This document shows positions 54,821 through 64,000 of a stretch of 64,000 nucleotides of DNA, piece after piece. Position 1 is the first letter of the stretch, and each line of letters begins with the position of its first letter. The notes beneath the pieces were generated by a model. It saw only the letters and a list, made by a program, of their open reading frames with translations. It made no database searches and was not told the origin of the DNA. The DNA is taken from the NCBI GenBank assembly GCA_964016885.1, contig CAXHJY010000539.1, forward strand, positions 1 to 64,000, read 5' to 3'. Source of the DNA: Eledone cirrhosa. Its lineage: Eukaryota. Made by a program: the position numbers and the translations under genes.

Positions 54821-56191
54821 AGTTATTTGAGTGTGATTTCATATTAGAAAAGAGTGAGCCCTTAATATGCAAACTTAGAGGTAATTTATATAAGTCTAAA
54901 TAAAGTCTGTCTCAAGCCCAGAGGCTTATTAGCCTGGTTTCCTAGGCAGTAAATTACAGAGAGTACAAGCTTCCCCTTGGACAGGATACCAGTCCACTGC
55001 TGGGTTAAACCTCAGCTGAGTATACTGGATCAACATGAATTGAAATGTTTTGCCCTTGAATACAACATGCAACCTATCCCTCGATACGTAAACATAAAGA
55101 TACCTCAATATGTAAACATAAAAGGTACACAGTTTTACTTCTATTTTCAATGTTGGCATGGGTTAGACGGGTTGTCACAATCTGGTATTTGACAGGTCAG
55201 ATGATCACACCTTTCTTATAAGTTCCATTTTAGCCTGATTTCTATGGCTGGATGCCCTTCTTAACACCAACTCCTTTATAGCATGTACTGGGTGCATTTT
55301 ATTGTGACGAGTACTTTGACCTTACTGGATGAACTGGGTGCATTTTGTTGTGGCACTAGCACCTTAGAATATGTATTGTGTTTTAAGCTAGGTTGGAAAA
55401 GGCAGTTATGAAGTTGGTGGTGTAAGATAAGAGAAACGTGGAGAGGGGTGGGGCAAGCTACATGTTAGTTGCTGAGATTCATCCTACAAGGAAGATGAAG
55501 AGAATGAGTAAGTGTTGGGTTGGTCTTCAAGAGAGTGTGATGTCTGGCAGTACTTTGTGTTGTGTGTGTAGGGGCAGGGACATTGGTCTTTTCATTTTGA
55601 CATGGGTTGGACACTTTTCTGCTATACTACTGTCCTTATCATGTCTGTCTCATCCTTCTTGCTTGGGAAAGTGGGTCTTCTGTATTACAGTATATTGTCA
55701 ATCAACTAAATCCTGTATCATCTTTTGTAAGGTTCAGTTTTATGAGGTCAGCCTTCTTCACCACATCATTCCAAGATTTCATAGCTATTCCTCTTTCTCA
55801 GGTTCTGCAAACTGAGTGTCCTGCACTTCTTTATGAAGCTCTCATTTTCCTAATGCTTTACATGTCCATACCATCAAAGTCTTCTCTTTTGTACATTGCA
55901 TCTGATCCCTGTTATGTTCAGTTTTTCTCTGTTTGGTTATGCTTCATTTTCATGCACTCTACTAATACATATACATCAGAACATGCCCATCACATTTCTC
56001 TCCAGCCTTTGCAAATCCTCTACATTCATCCTCAAGTCTCCTTTTCAAATGTTATATTTAAGTATCTTCCACTCCATTCTGTTTTTCACATAAATACATA
56101 TATATTGTTGCCATTGCTTTTATAAATGTTTAATATTTCATTGAGCAAATACCTTGTTTTTAGATCAATTACGATTTGCATTAGGAAACAT

Positions 56192-56360
56192 GTATCGGTA
56201 GAGGGTCGGACGCCATGCTTTCCAGCATAGTTACGTCCCTTTACGATCTGAGTTCAAATCCTGCTGAGGTTGACTTTGCCTTTCATCCTTACGGAGTCGA
56301 TAAAATAAAGTACCAGTAATGCACTGGGTAATTGCTGGCCTTGTGCCTAAAGTAGAAACA
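56192..56360 (+). mobile_element. Meta-domain-like SINE
   Basis: Family match. Confidence 0.85.
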
Positions 56361-56874
56361 TTTATATACACATCATAGCTCTGATTAATTTTTAATTTTT
56401 TTTCTTTATTGAACACTTGTTTTTAGAGGAATTAAGATTTGTATCATTTTTATCTATAGTCCATACTCGCATATACATTGTAGCTCTAATTAATTTTTAA
56501 TTTTGTTTTTATGGAACACTTATTTTTAGATGAATTGAAATCTGTATTGTGAAGCATATGGTAACTTATGTAGTACACACAAACGCATACATATATTGAT
56601 GTATATGTATATGGTCATGATATTGACAGATTTAGGAAGGATATTATTGTATTTCTTAGTGAATTAAGTTTCAAAATCTCTGTTAATAGTAATTTTACAA
56701 CAATTTACTTTCTAGATATAACCTTATATTTTTAACAAATTTTTCCTTTGTCACAAACCTAACGAGAAGTTATTTTATGCTAACCCTTTTGACACCAAAC
56801 CACCAGAACCTGCCCCTGGTTTTATAATACTAAGCTGCTTGTTTTAATGAGTTTATAGTCATCTGAAAACCCTT

Positions 56875-57208
56875 GGTTTCAAATAATTGAAAATAATCAA
56901 AGATTTGGAACAATTTATTAATATAACTACCATATTAAGCTGCCATTTGGAAAAAAAATAATTTTACAAATAATTGTTTCTACTTGGAGTTCAAATCCTA
57001 CCGAGGTTAACTTTACCTTTCATCCTTACAGGGTCGTTAAAATAAAGCACCAGTAATGCACTGGGGTAATTGCTGGCCTTGTGCCAAAAGTAGAAACAAT
57101 TATTTGTAAAATTATTTTTCTTCCAAATGCCAGCTTAATAATCAATATGGTAATTATATTACTAAATCGTTCCAAATCTGTGATTATTTTCAATATTATT
57201 TGAAACCA
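56875..57208. repeat. Inverted duplication (~110-bp arms) enclosing a truncated SINE (56987-57102)
   Basis: 56875-56985 is the reverse complement of 57088-57208 and includes the SINE tail. Confidence 0.82.
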
Positions 57209-59070
57209 TTAGCAGTGTCTAAATCTTATGCTTTCATAAAGGCTTTGTATGTTTTATAATGAAATGCTTCACTTACAGTTGATATTCAGACTGGTAGCTC
57301 TACAACAAAGAAATAGAGCTAAAAAATAGCAATCTTTGTTATAATCCAATTTCTCATAAATATAGCCAAAGAATTCATTTTATATGGATAATATAATATT
57401 CTTAATAGAAATTCTATTAAAGTGTCCTCATCTTTTAAAAGGTTTCCTAGTTCTTTTAATTTAATTAATGTTTATTGATGATAATTCCACCAAAACATAT
57501 GTTTGTAACTGTATGAACTCTAATAACTGCCCAGTCAAAAGAAACTGCCTCATCAGTTCTTAAGAATACTGTGCTAAGGTAGACTTAAACAATGATTCTC
57601 AACCCAAATCCTTTGTTGGAGCATTGGTGAATGGATACAAGATGAAATATTACTTGCACAGTTACTTGCTTGCTAACCCAAACTGGATATTTGTGATATG
57701 CCTCTCTAGATATATTTGGAGATCGAAAGAAACTTGTGCCAACAGTTTTAAAATATTTGATCCATATTTACTTTGACAGCTTATTAAAGGCACAGTAACT
57801 ATATGCGAGCTTTACTTAACAGAGAAGGTATTAATATTGACCCAAAGTAACAAATGTGTGAATTCTTTCTATTTGCAAAATATCTGCTACATTTTTACAG
57901 AGCGATACCCTTGCTATAACATTTCGAATTTTAACAAGATCTTTTCCATACTCTTACAAACACCAACCCTTTCACTTCCATTTGTAGGTTTCGTTCTTTT
58001 TTTCTTCTTTTTGCTCTTAGTATTTTGGTGTTATTGGGTTCTTTTTCTTTTCCTTTCGGCCACAGTTTGTACCATACCATTTCATTGAACACTATTTAAA
58101 CGTTTTAATGAATGAATAATCCTTAGATAGTTTTAACTCACCGTTTTTTTCCCCCTATTTCTCTCCCTTTCCTCTCGTTTCCTTATGATTTGTATACCTT
58201 TCTTTTATGCTCTATAATACAATTTTATGAATGAATTGTATTTAAAATGAAAGATTGTTCTCTCTCTCTCTCTCCCCCTTTCTTTCGTTTTGTATCTTCC
58301 TTCAATACAGTTTAATTATTTTGATATTTTCATTGTAATTGAATCATTTTTAAACAAGTACAATTATTTATCTTTTTATAATTTTATCATATTTATATTT
58401 CCACACCTGCAACCAATTAAAAGTGTTATTTTTACATCTGCAACCAATCAAAAGCTTTCTCTATGTATTCTTCGTTTTGAATATTCATACTAATAATTTT
58501 CTGTTTCTTACATTTTCTCTGAAATCGGTGACATAAAACTTAAGAGTTATAAATGTGAAGTTTCAGCTTTAATAACTATTTTAAGACTCTACTTCCAGTA
58601 CAAAGTACTCTTGTTTACATTAAAGTATTTACATACACGTTAATAGTGATAAACGAAAAAAAGGAGCACTCAATACCAGTTGGGTGCCGTTAAAGTTATC
58701 TGTGTAGTAGATGTAGTTATAGTAGTAGTAACGGCACCTCCTAGATATGTGAGCTTGTTTATTTAGTCATCTAAATAGCATAATTCACATAATTGTCATA
58801 TACTTGAAATGTATACCTTTATAAATAGTACTACCTTTTTTTTTTTAGCTGTCAATACGATGTGTAATTCAATACACATGGACCGATGTAAATAAATGTC
58901 TTTTCCACATCTCTTTGGCCATCACATGAAAGATGAAAGTCAGTTTTTTTTTTTTTTAAAGGTCAGGCGAATTCCTACATTTTCTGTCCACAGAGAGATG
59001 GTATAGATATTTGTTTACATTTTTCCATCAGCAATGGTTGGGGCGAAAAATTAAGCACTTTAAGACTGCC

Positions 59071-59242
59071 TATAAAGGTCTGTTAAATCTGTATTTCGAA
59101 GTATCGAACAGGTTCTGTGTAGGCTGTCCTCATCCGTTTTCCTTCAGTTTACTTTTATAAAGGTCTACTTAATCTGTATTTCAAAATATAGAACAGAGGT
59201 TCAATATGCAGGCTGTCTCCTATCTGTTTCCGTTCTGTTTAC
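59071..59242. repeat. Diverged ~86-bp tandem duplication
   Basis: TATAAAGGTCT..AATCTGTATTTC..AGGCTGTC..GTTTAC occurs twice. Confidence 0.7.
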
Positions 59243-60014
59243 CCCGTGGCAACTTAACGAAACTAAATTTACTTCTATTCTAAATAGAAATTTCTCAAGA
59301 CACAAACTCTTGTCAATACGAATAGAGTGAATGAATGACAGACTGACAAGCGTTCAGTCATGTTGATTGATTTATACCTGTCAGCCAATTCTTGAAAGAG
59401 TTTTTCTCTTCTAAATTAGACTGTTACACGTGGACGCAGTAATGCTGAATTGTTAAGTGAGTTCGCTTCGCAATCAGTAGGATACGGGTTTGATCCCACT
59501 GCGTGGCATCTTGGGAAGGTGCCATTCCCCCATAACATCGTGTCGCTCCATCATGCCATGGGTTGATGGAAACTTTTTGGAAGCCCGTCGGATGGACTGT
59601 ACATGTAATTTAAAGGGTCAGCCTTGTCACACACGGTGTCTCAATGAATCTCCCTGAGAGTTCTCAGCCACTTATACGTTCATGGAGCAAATGGAACAAT
59701 CATCCAGATTATTATATTGGTAATTATGAATGATATAATACAGATCGTAAAGTCCCAAACTCAAGAAAGAAACAAAATAGACCTACGTCAAATTGTTTTT
59801 AATTACAAAATTCAGTATAATTACCCCAGAGTTGGTTAAATTTAACCCCTGGTGGCGACTTAAAAGCCGCGTCTATATATAGAGGAAATTTATCAGTAAC
59901 TGTCATCCTGTGAAGATGTATGTATACGTACATATGAGTGTGTATCTGTGCATAGGAATGTGTATGTATGTATGAAATGAAATTTCATTTCTCACTCTTA
60001 GTACGGCTGATACT

Positions 60015-60481
60015 TAAATGTAAGTATGTATACGTACATACATATATGTATACAGACGTAGAGTAGTATGTATATATATACATACATGCACACATATATA
60101 TGTACGTATGGGTTTACCGAACATTTATTATAATGTTCGGTTTGTTTATAAACAAACGGCCCGAATTAAGCCGTACAGTGTTTGGAAACCATCGTCGCCC
60201 TTTTGTTCAACACTGATATAATATGCATCAGGAAAGTATATACTTTCAAACGTTCAATCATCTGACAGGAAGGTATACGATGCCCACGATAGCTAATAAG
60301 CTTTAAACTAGTTCATCGTTCCTTTGTCAGTGTTGAACAAAAAGGCGACGATGGTTTCCGAACACTGTACGGCTTAATTCGGGCTGTTTGTTTACAAACA
60401 AACCGAACATTATAATAAATGTTCGGTAAACCCATACGTACATATATATATGTGTGCATGTATGTACGTATACATACTTAC

Positions 60482-60486
<5 letters not shown>
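60015..60486. mobile_element. Fold-back/MITE-like element with long inverted arms
   Basis: 60015-60216 vs 60327-60486; core arms begin GGGTTTACCGAACATT. Confidence 0.8.
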
Positions 60487-60565
<79 letters not shown>

Positions 60566-61679
60566 GCCTTTTCGTAGACTCAGCAGGAGCTTTTTAATAG
60601 CTAGCTGCTTTTAATACTTCTAAGCATTTCGATAGTGTTGGTCGACCTCGACTGTAATTATGATTCACGAACCAGATTCTCTCTCTCTTTTCAATTCAAT
60701 TCACTTGAATTAACCTCATTGTATACAAAATACAACAAAACGTAGATTTGTTTATTTACATTCTCACCAAGTTTGTTTTCGCCGTCTTTGTGGTAACATA
60801 CTTACACACTGGCAACAGAGATCTAATTATCTTTGTTTGTATTGAATTTAAGCTCCTCTTATGTCAATAAATACTCACAGGAGTATCATCTTGCATATAT
60901 TAGGTTTATAATTTATTTTCCTCTATAACTGCGCCCTCATTACATAATGTTCTTGCATAATTGTTTTCCTTTTTTTTTTTCGTTTTATTTCTCATATCGG
61001 CAGGAAGGTTATGTAGCATATTGAATTGAGCTTAATACTTGGCCTGCTATATTGCATAACATTATATTTTTGACACGTGGGAAGATTGCTTTTTAATGCA
61101 AGTACAAGGTACACACATTTGTGGGGACTGGCGACTCCTTTCATCATAGGTCTGTTGTTCAACCACGGGCGATATTGAACTGAACATCAACTTCATTTCC
61201 ATTCCATTCCACTGTACACGGTCGTTCGACCTGCTAGAAATAACAACCAGATTTTCCTTAATAAAGGAAGAGCACTGAATAATATTTTCCTCCACACACA
61301 ATGCCTGTCAGAAGGAAAAATAAATAAACAGAAGGGAAAGTCAAGGCCGGACGTCTTATGTTTGTTTGTTTGTGTGTGTTTATATATATATAATCTATTC
61401 AATCATAACTGATAATAACATCTGCATTGTTTTATATATATATATATATATATGACAAAGAGAGTTCACGGTATTTTAGAATTAAACGCATACACACGTA
61501 TATATATGTTGATTGAAATGTACGTCATGAACAGAGGCTGTACATAATTGTACAGCTTCTCAAGTAGGATCTTCTAAAGAATAGACGATTCGTATACAAT
61601 GTATCTTAAAGAACATAATAAACACGAATTAATAGACATGATAAAAATGAAAACAGAGCACGTAATTGTGATGTAATTA

Positions 61680-61871
61680 TATATGCATGTTTGTGTGCTT
61701 GTATGTATATATATATATACACATACACACACACATATATATATATATATTTATATGTGTGTGTGTGTGCATATAAATATATGTATATATATATATATAT
61801 ATATATGTGTGTATATATATATATATGTATATGTATATATATATATATGTATATGTATATATATATATATG

Positions 61872-61916
<45 letters not shown>

Positions 61917-61917
61917 G

Positions 61918-61948
<31 letters not shown>

Positions 61949-61949
61949 G

Positions 61950-61980
<31 letters not shown>

Positions 61981-62030
61981 GTATATATATATATGTATAT
62001 ATATGTATATATATATATGTATATATATAT
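61680..62030. repeat. G-interrupted (TA)n array at the 5' junction of the CR1 LINE
   Basis: Direct reading. Confidence 0.93.
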
Positions 62031-64000
62031 AAATCTAAGAGCAGAATCCCTAGAAATAGAAAAACACTCATCAGAAAAATTAAGAGAACGAACAAAAAAA
62101 TCAACAAGCTGAAATACTGTCAGCAGCAACACATCAACTTGACTGCCATTTCATCACTAGAGATTAAAAAACATAACCTCCAAAACAACATAATGTCCCT
62201 CATCAACAATCAGAGAAGAGCTGAAGAGGCCTGGGCCATTGAGAAGATCAAACTCAATCCCAAAGTGTTCTTTTCATTTGCAAAAAAACACAAAATCACT
62301 GGCTCTACTGTTGGCCCTCTAATTGATGAAAATGGCACTCTTCAAGACAATGCTAAAACCATGGGTGAGATACTGCAGAAACAATACTGCTCTGTTTTCA
62401 GCAATCCTGATATGGCCGATCTGGGCTGTATCGGCGATGTTACTCCCCATTACACCTTATCGGACATAACGTTTGGCGCCCCTGATGTCTTGGCGGCAAT
62501 AAAGGAAATCAAGCATAATTCAGCAGTAGGTCCCGATAGGTTCCCTGCTTGTGTCTTGAAGGCGTGTCAACACCAACTTGCTTCTCCTCTTGCCAATCTG
62601 TGGCGGAACTCACTGGATGCTGGATATGTGCCAGAAAACCTTCTATCCCAGTCTGTTGTCCCAGTTTTCAAAAAGGGAAACAAATCCCTTGCCGTGAATT
62701 ACCGTCCAATCTCACTCACCTCTCATATCATTAAGGTATTTGAGCGAGTGGTGAGATCGCGAATGACCCACTTCCTTGAGAGTAACAATATGCTGAACTC
62801 CAACCAGCATGGATTCCGTAATGGAAGGGATTGCCTGACGCAACTACTGCATCACTTTGATGACATTTTGAGAGCCTTGGGAGAGGGTTCCAACACTGAT
62901 GTTATCTACCTTGATTTCAGCAAGGCCTTTGACAGGGTTGATCATAACATTCTACTGAGAAAGCTGTCCAATATTGGTGTCACTGGAAAGCTGCTGCAGT
63001 GGATCAAGAGCTTCCTGTCAAACAGAACCCAACATGTTGTAGTTGAGGGAGTCAAATCAAGCCCAGCCAAAGTCAGTAGTGGAGTCCCACAAGGCACTGT
63101 GTTGGGCCCACTTCTCTTCATCATCTATATTAATGACATCACTGACATCATCAAACACAGCAACATTAAAATTTTCGCTGATGATTCCAAGCTCCAAAAG
63201 GTCATCAATGGCGTGGATGACCGGATAAGCCTTCAGTCAGACCTACTGGCTGTTACCCAATGGGCAGAAAAGAACAACATGTTACTGAACGAAGATAAAT
63301 TCGAACTGATCCACTTTGGAAAAGAGGATGCTCTGAAACTCCCGTACTCCCTTCCCTCCGGGGAAACTCTCGTGGCATCTAACAACATCAGAGACTTGGG
63401 AGTAACCGTGGACAGCAACATAAGCTGGACCACGCATATAAGCAGCAAAGTTGACATGGCCCGCAGAATGTGTTCCTGGATCCTCAGAACCTTCCAGTCG
63501 AGAGATTCCCGCACCATTATCCTTCTCTTCTCTACTTTCGCCCGACCACACCTTGAATACTGTTGTCCACTGTGGTCTCCCCACACGAAACAAAGTATCA
63601 TGAAACTTGAAGCTCCTCAAAGGGCAATCACGAAAAAGATAGATGGCATGTCAGACCTTGACTACTGGGGTCGATTGGAAAACCTGAAACTTTACTCACT
63701 CCAACGTCGCCGTGAGCGTTATATTATCTGCATGATGTGGAAAATGTTCCATCATCACTGCCCAAATGATGTTGGCATCGCCTTCAAGATACACCCAAGG
63801 CTTGGGCCCCGTGCTATCCGTCCCATTCAAAAATCTAAATCGCAACTCATAACAACAATACGGCACAATTATTTCACCTCAATCGGCCCTGCTCTCTTCA
63901 ACATCACACCAGGACACGTCAAAACAGAAACTGACCACACAAAATTCAAGAAGTCTTTGGACAAATTCCTCCAAGTAATCCCGGACAAACCACCCACACC
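62031..64000 (+). mobile_element. CR1-clade LINE, 5'-truncated; ORF2 reverse transcriptase frame open to the window end
   Basis: My translation gives [49 protein letters not shown] (63174-63185), [24 protein letters not shown]; absent from the ORF track, consistent with no in-frame stop before the window end. Confidence 0.92.

Overview
Eukaryotic, AT-rich, repeat-dominated DNA. The SINE/LINE repertoire suggests an octopod cephalopod, but this is inference only. About 20 of the 64 kb (my estimate from tract coordinates) is interrupted (TA)n microsatellite, including a ~12-kb tract at 3994-16051; all long I/Y/M/C/V/H/T ORFs in the track are artefacts of these tracts. At least nine 5'-truncated RTE-clade LINE copies with (GAT)n tails sit in or beside the arrays. 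Their reverse transcriptase carries an internal PHD-like Cys/His finger. Also present: two CR1-clade LINE pieces (one with an ORF open from 62031 to the window end), a Merlin/IS1595-type element with 9-bp TSD, a mariner pseudogene, several MITEs, 13 copies of a Meta-domain-like SINE, a Penelope-type hammerhead remnant, a possible HDV-like ribozyme and several fold-back palindromes. One plausible host exon (53938-54187) encodes a signal-peptide-like N-terminus. The best candidate for a 'system' is the coupling of these LINEs to locus-specific TA-microsatellite variants. No prokaryotic genes, CRISPR arrays or rRNA were seen.
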